From NCBI GenBank assembly GCA_038254305.1, contig JBBSGG010000005.1:13044-77043 (forward strand): a stretch of DNA of 64,000 bases, read 5' to 3'. Made by a program: the position numbers and the translations under genes. Origin of the DNA: Pyrinomonadales bacterium (lineage in GTDB: Bacteria > Acidobacteriota > Blastocatellia > Pyrinomonadales > Pyrinomonadaceae). Of the stretch, positions 21,508 through 29,911 are shown one piece after another (position 1 is the stretch's first letter; each line of letters opens with the position of its first letter). The notes under the pieces are model-generated. The model was not told the origin of the DNA. It made no database searches and was given only the letters and a program-made list of their open reading frames with translations.

Positions 21508-22770
21508 TCATTTCATTATGGGAATTATCTCGGTTTGGTGTGGGGCGGTTATGACGGCGTCGTGATCGGAAACGTAAACGTCGATCTCGGAACGAATGCC
21601 GAACTTGCCGTCGAGATAAATGCCGGGTTCGATCGAGAACGCGGTTCCGGGAATCAGCGTTCGGGTGTCGCGGGTTTCGAGATTGTCTATGTTTGCACCG
21701 TTTCCATGGCCTTCTTCGCCTATCGAATGCCCGGTGCGGTGCAGGAACTGGTCGGCGTAGCCGGCTTTTCGGATCACACCGCGAGCAACGTCATCGACGT
21801 CTGCCCCATTTATCACTTTTCCGTTCTGGAATGAGGTTTTTACAAAATTGAAAGCTTCGTCGCGTGCCGCGGCGACGATGTTCCAGATCTTTACATACTC
21901 GTCCGGAACTTTTTCGCCGACGTATCCGACCCACGTCAGATCGACGGCAGGAGCTTTCGGTTTCGACAGCTTGCTGACCGAATCGATTAGCACAAGGTCA
22001 CCGGGTTTTATCGGCGAGTTGCGCTCGGCAGTGGGGAAATAATGCGGCGATGCGGCATTGGCGTTGACGGCGACGATCATCGGCTCGGGATTCATCGATT
22101 CTTCGGTGAATCGTTTCATCATGAATTTCTGCACGTCGATCTCGGTCGTCGGGACCGAAGCGTTCATTCGCCGTTTGATCTCACCGAATGCCTCGATGAT
22201 TATTTTCTGCAGTTTCGCACACGCTTCGTTGTGCATGGCGAGCTGCTCCGGCGTCCAGACAGCCTCGAACTGCTGCACAAGATCGGCGCTCGTAACGACG
22301 TCGACGCCGAGCGAACGCACCATTTCAACGGTGCCGGCGTCCACGCGTGAAATATACGGGATGTCGTTATTCGGCGAATACTCCATCGCGATTCTCGGCT
22401 TTCGGTCAGATTTGAAATTCTCGGTTATCGCTTGCTTGAGGTTTGAATTGATGAGCTGCCATTCGCGATAGATCAGCTTCTTTCCCGGAAGCGAATCCAG
22501 CTTCTCCGGTTCGATAGCATGAACCACTTTCGTCGGCTCGCCGGAAGCCGGAATGTAGTAGTACCAACGGCGTGTGCCGCTGAGCCGTTCCGTTTTTAGG
22601 ATCCGCGGTATGAGAATATCGCTCCCGCGAAAATCGTAAAACAGCCAGCCGTCGAGCTTGGCCTTTTGAAGGGCGGTTTGAATCTCCGTGATCCGGGCGG
22701 ATCGGTCCGATTGTGCGCAAATCGACAGAGAAAAGAAAAAGATAGCGGCGATGATGACTGTAATTTTCAT
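21508..22770 (-). CDS. Secreted M24-family metallopeptidase (Xaa-Pro aminopeptidase-like)
   Basis: Trimmed to the ATG at 22770, giving the signal peptide MKITVIIAAIFFFSLSICAQ. M24 metal ligand context HRTGHSIG...FSIEPGIY. Confidence 0.8.
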   Translation of the reverse strand: MKITVIIAAIFFFSLSICAQSDRSARITEIQTALQKAKLDGWLFYDFRGSDILIPRILKTERLSGTRRWYYYIPASGEPTKVVHAIEPEKLDSLPGKKLIYREWQLINSNLKQAITENFKSDRKPRIAMEYSPNNDIPYISRVDAGTVEMVRSLGVDVVTSADLVQQFEAVWTPEQLAMHNEACAKLQKIIIEAFGEIKRRMNASVPTTEIDVQKFMMKRFTEESMNPEPMIVAVNANAASPHYFPTAERNSPIKPGDLVLIDSVSKLSKPKAPAVDLTWVGYVGEKVPDEYVKIWNIVAAARDEAFNFVKTSFQNGKVINGADVDDVARGVIRKAGYADQFLHRTGHSIGEEGHGNGANIDNLETRDTRTLIPGTAFSIEPGIYLDGKFGIRSEIDVYVSDHDAVITAPHQTEIIPIMK

Positions 22771-22974
22771 TGAATTATGAGACGAGCGAAGCGTGAATAA
22801 CATCGCGGTCTTAGGCCTATCGCAGCATCTTCGAGCAATATGGAAGGACAGCAACAACTGGACGCCGGGATTTACGAGATAGGTAAGCTATCTACTTGCA
22901 TTCCCTTCCTATGGCAGATCAAAGATTATCGATTCATGACGGTTCACCATACCGCAAAGCTAGGCGCATTGCTT

Positions 22975-23895
22975 CTAGTTTTTTAATCGGCGGTCGGCGA
23001 GCGTCAGGAACTCCCTCACCTGATCGTCCCAGAAGATCCAGTCATGCACGCCGGGATGCTCGCGATATTCGTGCGGCACCTTTTTGTCGTTAAGAACGCC
23101 GACGAAATCGCGGTTATTCTGAAATAGAAAGTCTTCGGTGCCGCAGGATAGATAGAAATAAGGAAACGTTTTTATTTTATCCGCGGTCGCGTCGCGGACA
23201 ATGGCGGTGATGTCATTCGCCTTCTGAACCGGCCCGCCGCCTTCGCCAAAGATCGCGACGAGCGAGGTGCGAATATTTCCGGGCGGCAGCTGCTCAGCGG
23301 ACTTGTATGTCGAGGCGAAGAGAGCTCCGCTGAAACTTCCGACGAGCGAAAACATCTCGGGGTACTTCAATCCAAATTTGATCGAACCAAACCCGCCCAT
23401 CGACAATCCGGCGATCGCACGATGATCACGGTCGGCGATGGTCCGAAAATTCTTATCGATCTCAGGGATGAGTTCATTCACGATATAGCTTTCGTACTTA
23501 TCTGTCGGAACCCTTGAACTGTCGGTGTACCACCCGTCGTTGCCTTCGGGTGTGACGATTATGAAATTGTGCGACGCAGCGTATTCCGCAAGTCTCGTCT
23601 TGTCGGTCCAATTGTTGAAATGTCCGGTCAGGCCGTGCAAAAGATAGATTACCGGATAGCCGGGCTGTCTCTGTTTGAGCGCCGAATACCCTGCCGGAAG
23701 AATTACGCGGTATGGCATATCGCGAGCCATAAGCGAGCTTTTCAGTTGAAGAGTCTGAACCGAATTTCCAATTGACCGATCAATTACATCTCTCGGTTTC
23801 CCTTCGGGAATGGCACGGCTTTGCCCAAAACCCGACGAGCACGCAAGTATGAATAACCAAAAGAAACCGCTAACGCTTAGCTTTTTAAATGACAT
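22975..23895 (-). CDS. Secreted esterase (esterase D / PF00756-like alpha/beta hydrolase)
   Basis: First ATG at 23895 (MSFKKL...). YLLHGLTGHFNNW and nucleophile elbow GLSMGG. Confidence 0.75.
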   Translation of the reverse strand: MSFKKLSVSGFFWLFILACSSGFGQSRAIPEGKPRDVIDRSIGNSVQTLQLKSSLMARDMPYRVILPAGYSALKQRQPGYPVIYLLHGLTGHFNNWTDKTRLAEYAASHNFIIVTPEGNDGWYTDSSRVPTDKYESYIVNELIPEIDKNFRTIADRDHRAIAGLSMGGFGSIKFGLKYPEMFSLVGSFSGALFASTYKSAEQLPPGNIRTSLVAIFGEGGGPVQKANDITAIVRDATADKIKTFPYFYLSCGTEDFLFQNNRDFVGVLNDKKVPHEYREHPGVHDWIFWDDQVREFLTLADRRLKN

Positions 23896-23903
23896 CTCTC
23901 TCA

Positions 23904-24188
23904 CTAGTTGAATAGACCACTGAACCAGCCGCCTTTTTCCTTGTCGATCACCTGCGCAAGTTCGCCCGCGTCAAACCAAACGCCCGAGCATTTGTCGCAC
24001 ATGTCGATCTTGATGTTTTCGAAATCCGTCTCGTGGAGCGTGCCGTCGCATTTCGGGCACTTCAGTTCGAGGCTCTTAGCCTGGTCGCCGGCGATCTTGG
24101 CCTTCATCTTCTCGATCAGTTCCTGCTCGCGGCGATGAAAATACTCGTTTTCGAGCGCCTGCCCGCGATCCTCCAATTCAAACGGCAT
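23904..24188 (-). CDS. TFIIB-type zinc-ribbon domain protein
   Basis: CPKCDG...CDKCSGVWFDAGEL is a four-Cys zinc ribbon. Confidence 0.6.
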   Translation of the reverse strand: MPFELEDRGQALENEYFHRREQELIEKMKAKIAGDQAKSLELKCPKCDGTLHETDFENIKIDMCDKCSGVWFDAGELAQVIDKEKGGWFSGLFN

Positions 24189-24296
24189 AAAAATAATTAC
24201 TCCTATGATCGATAAATTCTATACGGGCAAAATAACAGAGTGCGCCGCAAGTTTCAAAAACCGCGGCCTTTTCCTTAGGCAAAAAAGCATTTTTGG

Positions 24297-25232
24297 TCAG
24301 CTTTCCGTCTTATGGATCGCGCGCATTCGCTGGCGCGCCTTTCGCGAGCGGCGAACGGGAGCGCGGCGGGTAAAATTCGTCTCAGCCCAATCCGAGACTT
24401 GCTTTAACGGATGCCACTCGAAACTCTCGAGCGGCATGAGCTCGCTCGATGCATCACGAAGCTTCAAAGTGCTAAAAGCGACAAAAAAGATCAGGAAATT
24501 GAATAGCGCTCCGGCGGCAACTACGAGCCAGCCCGGAGCAAGCCCAACCTGTGCACGCTGCAGGACGATGTCCCAAAATCTTTGGCGGTCAAGGATCGTT
24601 GTGGTCGGGATAGGCGACGGATGAATATAGATCTTCAGCGTCCATGAAAGAGCAAGAAGGATGAAGATCCAAAGATAATTTGCACGCAATCGCCGCCCGA
24701 CGGCTTCCCATTCGCTGATCGTAAAACGCGGTGAGATGAGATCGGCGGAAATGTGTTCGGCCCAGTCGGTATCGGGCGGGATCGTCTTATGCGAAAGCAT
24801 CGGAGCAAAATATCCGGTTTCCAGCACGCGCACGCGGTTCGCCCATACCTCGTAGTATCGGTAGCGGCGCGCTTCCATGAACAAAAAGATCGAGACAAGT
24901 ATCGAATTTATCGGTATCGCAAAATGCGGGTTGTCCGGTGAGCTGAAAACGAACGACAGCGTCGCTCCGCCCGTGATCACAGCCCAGTTCGTGGTAGCGT
25001 CGAGACGGGTGCGCCAAACATTCGAACGCTGTACTTCGCCGCGATAGAAATGCACCATCGCCGTGTTGAATTCGGCAGGCTGCAGCTTTTGGGCGATGTT
25101 GACCGGCGTCGCCTTCGGCGTCTGGTTCCGTTGGTGGACCTCTTCGGCTAAAGCGCGAAACGAATCGGGAACGGTCGTGATGTGAACATCGGCGTCACCC
25201 GCTGACACGGCAGGCCGAACATCATCTTTCAT
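24297..25232 (-). CDS. DUF2270-like integral membrane protein
   Basis: First ATG at 25232. RGEVQRSNVWRTRLDATTNWAVITGGATLSF and MEARRYRYYEVW resemble DUF2270. Confidence 0.55.
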   Translation of the reverse strand: MKDDVRPAVSAGDADVHITTVPDSFRALAEEVHQRNQTPKATPVNIAQKLQPAEFNTAMVHFYRGEVQRSNVWRTRLDATTNWAVITGGATLSFVFSSPDNPHFAIPINSILVSIFLFMEARRYRYYEVWANRVRVLETGYFAPMLSHKTIPPDTDWAEHISADLISPRFTISEWEAVGRRLRANYLWIFILLALSWTLKIYIHPSPIPTTTILDRQRFWDIVLQRAQVGLAPGWLVVAAGALFNFLIFFVAFSTLKLRDASSELMPLESFEWHPLKQVSDWAETNFTRRAPVRRSRKARQRMRAIHKTES

Positions 25233-25385
25233 AATGGCGCAGAAGGCGTGAACGGGCTTTGGTGGTAAGCTTCCCGTCAACTAGAAGGTTTATCATTTTA
25301 AAGATGCGTGTGCAAGAAAATCGGCGTTTCGGGCGCGGATTTTGCGTTCTTTCCATCACCGCGTATCAAAGTTAGAATTCTTTCA

Positions 25386-25901
25386 ATGGGCAAAATGGAC
25401 GAATCAATGGCCGAAATGCACGAAACGTGGATGCGGGCCGCACTTACCGCTGCCGGCGAAGCCGCGAATGCGGGCGAAGTGCCCATCGGCGCCTGTATCG
25501 TCTCGGCATCCGGAGAATTGCTCGCGTCGGCGTTCAACTTGACGGTCGAAAACAGCGATCCGACCGCGCACGCGGAGATACTCGCCATACGTGACGCCGC
25601 CGCGTCGCTCGGGAATTATCGACTTACGGGAGCGACACTCTACACAACGATCGAGCCATGCGTAATGTGCGCCGGTGCGATCCTAAATGCACGCATCTCG
25701 CGTCTTGTATTCGGCGCCCGTGACGAAAGATTCGGCGCCGTCGAAAGCCATTTTCAGCTTTGTGATTCAGCCATACTCAATCACCGGCTTGAGGTGGTTT
25801 CGGATATACTTTCCGCCCAAAGCCGCGAGATGATCCAGCAGTTCTTTCGGCGAAGGCGCTCCGAAATACGTGCCATACGCGAAACTCAAAGCCTAACTTG
25901 A
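25386..25901 (+). CDS. tadA: tRNA-specific adenosine deaminase
   Basis: Deaminase zinc motifs HAEILAIRDA and PCVMCAGAI. The start is uncertain: in-frame ATGs at 25386, 25395 and 25407, and the listed ORF starts at GTG 25308. Confidence 0.85.
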   Translation: MGKMDESMAEMHETWMRAALTAAGEAANAGEVPIGACIVSASGELLASAFNLTVENSDPTAHAEILAIRDAAASLGNYRLTGATLYTTIEPCVMCAGAILNARISRLVFGARDERFGAVESHFQLCDSAILNHRLEVVSDILSAQSREMIQQFFRRRRSEIRAIRETQSLT

Positions 25902-25940
25902 TATTTTCCGGGCTGAACCTTTAGAATTGAAGGTTCGCGC

Positions 25941-26031
<91 letters not shown>

Positions 26032-26039
26032 GTAGTTTT

Positions 26040-26130
26040 GGAAAGGTGCAAGAGCGGTTGAATTGGCAGCATTGGAAATGCTGTGAACCTCAAAAGGGTT
26101 CCGTGGGTTCGAATCCCACCCTTTCCGCCA
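26040..26130 (+). tRNA. tRNA-Ser (anticodon GGA)
   Basis: Acceptor GGAAAGG/CCTTTCC, anticodon loop TT-GGA-AA, long variable arm, same T-arm as the first tRNA-Ser, encoded CCA. Confidence 0.9.
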
Positions 26131-26317
26131 GAATTCGGTGGAGAAATGAGCGGTAAGCGGTGAGCAGTATTTCCTGCTTACTGCTATCGACTCACTGCTA
26201 CCGGCATATGGCTTCAGGCTCCGCACAAGGTTTGAGTTGTGAACTCCGCTAGGCGAGGAATCGAGCAACGGTAGCGATTTCAGCCTGTGTTGCGGGTAAG
26301 TCTGAAGCCACCAATTC
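26131..26317 (+). ncRNA. ffs: Signal recognition particle RNA candidate (S-domain hairpin 26210-26309 plus 5' hairpin enclosed by a terminal helix)
   Basis: Long hairpin with apex CGCU-AGG-CGA-GGAA-UCG-AGCA-ACGG. This reproduces the conserved helix-8 pattern of 4.5S/SRP RNA (AGG / GGAA tetraloop / AGCA). It lies immediately upstream of dnaX, as in many bacteria. Confidence 0.6.
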
Positions 26318-26330
26318 TAGTCAAAAGTAG

Positions 26331-26380
26331 ATCGTGAATCGTAAATCGAGACGGCTCGTTTACTATTCACGATTTACTAT
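26331..26380 (+). terminator. Hairpin plus T-rich tract after the SRP RNA candidate
   Basis: atcgtgaatcgtaaatcgag-acgg-ctcgtttactattcacgat is a near-perfect stem, followed by tttactattt. The T tract is interrupted, so termination may be weak. Confidence 0.4.
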
Positions 26381-26397
26381 TTACAATTCACTCAATA

Positions 26398-28188
26398 ATG
26401 TCTTACCAGGTAATTGCGAGAAAATGGCGGCCGAAGACCTTTGACGAGGTCACAGGGCAGGAGCATATTACCCGCACGCTGCGCAATGCCATCGAGCATG
26501 ACCGGCTTCACCACGCGTACCTTTTTTCAGGTGCCCGCGGCGTCGGCAAAACGACTACCGCCCGCTTGCTCGCCAAAGCTCTGAACTGTCGAAAGACCGA
26601 TAAAGCCAACGTTTTTCCGTGTGACACGAGCGACGCGGATGCGTGTCCGTCGTGCATTGAGATCTCCGAAAGTCGTTCGATCGACGTGTTCGAATTTGAC
26701 GCGGCTTCGAACACGCAGGTCGAAAAAATCCGCGAAATAATCCTCGAAAGCATCAACGTCGCACCTGCCCGCGACCGTTACAAGATCTTCATCATCGACG
26801 AGGTACACATGCTCTCGCAGTCATCGTTTAACGCGCTGCTCAAGACGGTCGAGGAGCCGCCGCCGCAGGTGGTGTTCATCATGGCAACGACAGTGCTGCA
26901 TAAGGTGCCGGACACGATTCTTTCACGGTGTCAGCAGTTCGAATTCCGGACGATCTCCAATCAAAAGATATTTGACCGGCTGAAGCTGATCGCCGATGCC
27001 GAAGGTATTCCAGCATCTGACGACGCCTTGCGCGAAATTGCACGTTCCGGCGAAGGGTCGATGCGTGACGCGCAGTCGAATTTCGATCAGGTGATCAGTT
27101 TTTCGGGAGAAAAAATAGGCGCCGCCGACGTGTCCGCGGCCCTCGGTATCGCCGGCAGCGATATGATCGCCAAAGTGCTGCGCGCGATCGCTGATAAGCA
27201 GCCGCTCGCGGCTCTCGAAGTGGTCGACGAACTTATTACGCTAGGCCACGATCTCCGAAATTTTGCCCGCGACCTGTTAGGCCTCTTTCGTGACCTGCTG
27301 GTTTTCAAGGTCGGCGGTGGAACCGAGGGCTTGATCGAAAGCTCGATCTTTAACGCGGAGCAGATGCGTGAACATTCAGCCGCGTTTTCCGAAAGCGATT
27401 TTCTCCGTTTTTTCAATTCGCTTGCCGAAACAGAATCGAAGCTCAAAGAAGCCACGCAGCAACGTTATGTACTCGAGATCGGCTTGGTAAAGTTGATCGA
27501 GATGCGGCGTTCGCTCGCGATCGAAGACGTTATCGCCCGCCTTTCGCTTCTCGAAAAGGGCTTGCCCGAACAAACAGTCGCGCCGGCGAATACCGAACGA
27601 GCTCGCACCGGCGCCGCACAGGAAAAAAAAACTTTAATTCCTGAGATCAAGCCGCCTGCCGCCGTCGAAGAGCTGCCGGAAGAACCGAAAGACCTCTTTC
27701 GCAGCGATTCGGCATCGGAGATCGAATCTGAAACTGCCGAAAAACCTCCCGACCCGACGGTATCAAAGTTCGATCTCAGCTTTCTCGATTCGATGCCGAC
27801 GAGGCTGTCATCGATCGAAGCCGGAGAGCTCGAACACGTCGACGACACGTGGCTCGACAATGCTTTTGAACTCAAATTGATGCGAAGCGGCGACGATCTC
27901 GGACGTTTGCCCGGAGTGTCACAGTTTCTGAAGGCTGCGGAGAATACTCCATCGACGCTATCCACTCTTCCCAGCGCCGTTCGATCCAACGGAAATGGCT
28001 CAGCCGCCGCGATCGCAGCCGATTTCACCAAGCAGATCCCGGAGCCTGAAGAGATATCGACAGAGATTCCCGAACTGCCGGAAAATCCTACCTACGATCA
28101 GCTTCTCGCCTACGCTCAATCCCATCCGCTGGTTAGGCAGGCTTTACGCGTTTTCCGCGGTAAGATCGTCGGCGTAAACAAGGCCTGA
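26398..28188 (+). CDS. dnaX: DNA polymerase III subunits tau (and possibly gamma)
   Basis: AAA+ clamp-loader motifs GARGVGKTT, IFIIDEVHML and SRC (ILSRCQQF), plus a Zn module CDTSDADACPSC. Confidence 0.95.
   Translation: MSYQVIARKWRPKTFDEVTGQEHITRTLRNAIEHDRLHHAYLFSGARGVGKTTTARLLAKALNCRKTDKANVFPCDTSDADACPSCIEISESRSIDVFEFDAASNTQVEKIREIILESINVAPARDRYKIFIIDEVHMLSQSSFNALLKTVEEPPPQVVFIMATTVLHKVPDTILSRCQQFEFRTISNQKIFDRLKLIADAEGIPASDDALREIARSGEGSMRDAQSNFDQVISFSGEKIGAADVSAALGIAGSDMIAKVLRAIADKQPLAALEVVDELITLGHDLRNFARDLLGLFRDLLVFKVGGGTEGLIESSIFNAEQMREHSAAFSESDFLRFFNSLAETESKLKEATQQRYVLEIGLVKLIEMRRSLAIEDVIARLSLLEKGLPEQTVAPANTERARTGAAQEKKTLIPEIKPPAAVEELPEEPKDLFRSDSASEIESETAEKPPDPTVSKFDLSFLDSMPTRLSSIEAGELEHVDDTWLDNAFELKLMRSGDDLGRLPGVSQFLKAAENTPSTLSTLPSAVRSNGNGSAAAIAADFTKQIPEPEEISTEIPELPENPTYDQLLAYAQSHPLVRQALRVFRGKIVGVNKA
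27622..27644 (+). other. Putative programmed slippage site in dnaX (A9 run with nearby stops in both alternative frames)
   Basis: GAA AAA AAA ACT, with nine A at 27623-27631. The -1 frame reads AAC TTT AAT TCC TGA. The +1 frame reads CTT TAA. Confidence 0.5.
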
Positions 28189-28272
28189 ACTTTCCCGCTT
28201 TGCTACTTCAAGGAACCGAATGGCCTTTGCTTTCGTATTTCGTTAAGATTTGACACAATCGTTGAAACGAAA

Positions 28273-29133
28273 ATGATCGTAACGCCGTGGTTCGCAAAAC
28301 TTAGATATTCGTTCGCCCTCGGGCTGGCCGTTCTTCTCGCCGGTGCCGCGGCGGCCCAATCTCCGGCGACCGAATCTCCGCTGCCTGCACCGACCGGTTT
28401 TATTAACGATTACGCCGGCGTCCTCGACGCGTCGACAAAACAGGCACTCGAAACAAAGCTCACCGATTTTAAGGCAAAAAGCTCGCCGTCTACAGAACTC
28501 GCGGTCGCGATCATCAAAACTACAGGCGACCGTCCGATCTTCGACTATTCACTTGCGGTCGCACGCGGCTGGAAGATCGGTTCAAAACTCGACGATAACC
28601 CGAGTGCACTGCTTTTGATCGCAGTCGACGACCGGAAATATTTCACGCAAGTAAGCCGCGATCTCGAAGACGAACTTCCCGACGGTCTCGTCGGCAGTTT
28701 GCAGCGGCAATATCTTGTTCCCGAATTCAAACAGGCAAATTACGCGAAAGGCGTCTCGGACACGATCGACGCGTACATTCGTACGATCGGGGAGCGGCGT
28801 GCCGGCGGTCCTCAGCCCGCTTTCTCGGCGACACCGGTTCCAACGGGCGGACGGCAAGGTCAACAGTCGTTCCCAAGTCTCCTGTGCTGCCTCGGTGTCG
28901 GCATTCTGCTCGCATTTATCTTTATCTCAAGAATGGGCCGAGGCGGCCGCGGCGGTGGTGGCGGTGGCCTGGGCAGCGCCCTGCCGTGGATAATCGGTTC
29001 GATGATCGCAAATTCCGGCAGCTCGTCGGGCGGCTGGGGCGGCGGCGGCGGCGGCAGCGGTGGCAGTGGAGGCTTCGGCGGTTTCGGCGGCGGCGGCGAT
29101 TTCGGCGGAGGCGGAGCCGGCGGCAGTTGGTAA
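28273..29133 (+). CDS. TPM-domain (YgcG-like) protein with TM segment and Gly-rich tail
   Basis: Signal peptide. FINDYAGVLD...ELAVAIIKTT...LLLIAVDDRKYF is typical of the TPM phosphatase-like domain. C-terminal GGGGSGG low complexity. Confidence 0.75.
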   Translation: MIVTPWFAKLRYSFALGLAVLLAGAAAAQSPATESPLPAPTGFINDYAGVLDASTKQALETKLTDFKAKSSPSTELAVAIIKTTGDRPIFDYSLAVARGWKIGSKLDDNPSALLLIAVDDRKYFTQVSRDLEDELPDGLVGSLQRQYLVPEFKQANYAKGVSDTIDAYIRTIGERRAGGPQPAFSATPVPTGGRQGQQSFPSLLCCLGVGILLAFIFISRMGRGGRGGGGGGLGSALPWIIGSMIANSGSSSGGWGGGGGGSGGSGGFGGFGGGGDFGGGGAGGSW

Positions 29134-29138
29134 AACAA

Positions 29139-29855
29139 ATGAGAAACGAATTCGACGCATTTATCGACGACCTTCGGCATTCGCATGGAAAGAATCTCGT
29201 GTCCGTGATCTTGTACGGTTCCGCCGCGGCGGGCGATTTCGTCGCGAGCCGTTCGGACTACAACATTCTTATAGCACTGCAGCGGATAACGCCGCAGGAC
29301 CTTCGAAACGCACATGCCAGCGTTCGCGAGTGGCAGAAAATGGGACACCCTGTTCCGGTCTATTTCACCGTATCGGAACTGCAAAATTCGGCAGATGTGT
29401 TCCCGATCGAGTTTCTGCAGATGGAAACCGCGAGAAAAGTGATATTTGGAAAGGACGTCTTAGAGGGATTGACGATATCGGACGAATCGCTCAGGCATCA
29501 GGTCGAATACGAATTGCGCAGCAAGCTCATTCGGCTCCGGCGTCAGTACATACCGGCTTCACAATCTGTCGAGGGACTTGCTCGGCTGATGTCGGAAAGC
29601 TTGTCGAGCTTTGCCGCATTATTTCGCGCCGTCCTCGCACTTTTGGATGTCGAGCCGCCCGCGAAAAAACACGATGTAGTTGCATTAACCGCCAGCCGTG
29701 TAGGTATAGATTTTTTACCATTTGAAAAGATATTCAATATCCGCGGGGACAATTTTGCGTTGAGCCTCGACGAGGTGCATGCGAACAAACTTTTTGCGGA
29801 GTACCTGGAACAAATCGAACGCGTGATCGATTTTGTCGATTCGATGGAAAAATAG
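29139..29855 (+). CDS. Nucleotidyltransferase-fold domain protein (degenerate active-site motif)
   Basis: Trimmed to the ATG at 29139 (MRNEFDAF...). The upstream part of the listed ORF is an out-of-frame reading of the Gly-rich tail. ILYGSAAAGDFVASRSDYNILI fits hG[GS]-x11-D-h-[D/E], but with N in place of the second acidic residue. Confidence 0.55.
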   Translation: MRNEFDAFIDDLRHSHGKNLVSVILYGSAAAGDFVASRSDYNILIALQRITPQDLRNAHASVREWQKMGHPVPVYFTVSELQNSADVFPIEFLQMETARKVIFGKDVLEGLTISDESLRHQVEYELRSKLIRLRRQYIPASQSVEGLARLMSESLSSFAALFRAVLALLDVEPPAKKHDVVALTASRVGIDFLPFEKIFNIRGDNFALSLDEVHANKLFAEYLEQIERVIDFVDSMEK

Positions 29856-29911
29856 ACGATTCGGAAAGTATGTCGTAACGTTTTATAGCTTGACCTATTA
29901 AGGAGAAGATT

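Noticed and set aside
28860-29384. Minus-strand 174-aa Pro-rich ORF, and the plus-strand extension 28884..29138 of the NTase ORF.
   Set aside because: Both are alternative-frame readings of the GGC/GGN repeat that encodes the Gly-rich tail of the TPM protein. The poly-Pro and poly-Arg translations are artefacts of that repeat.
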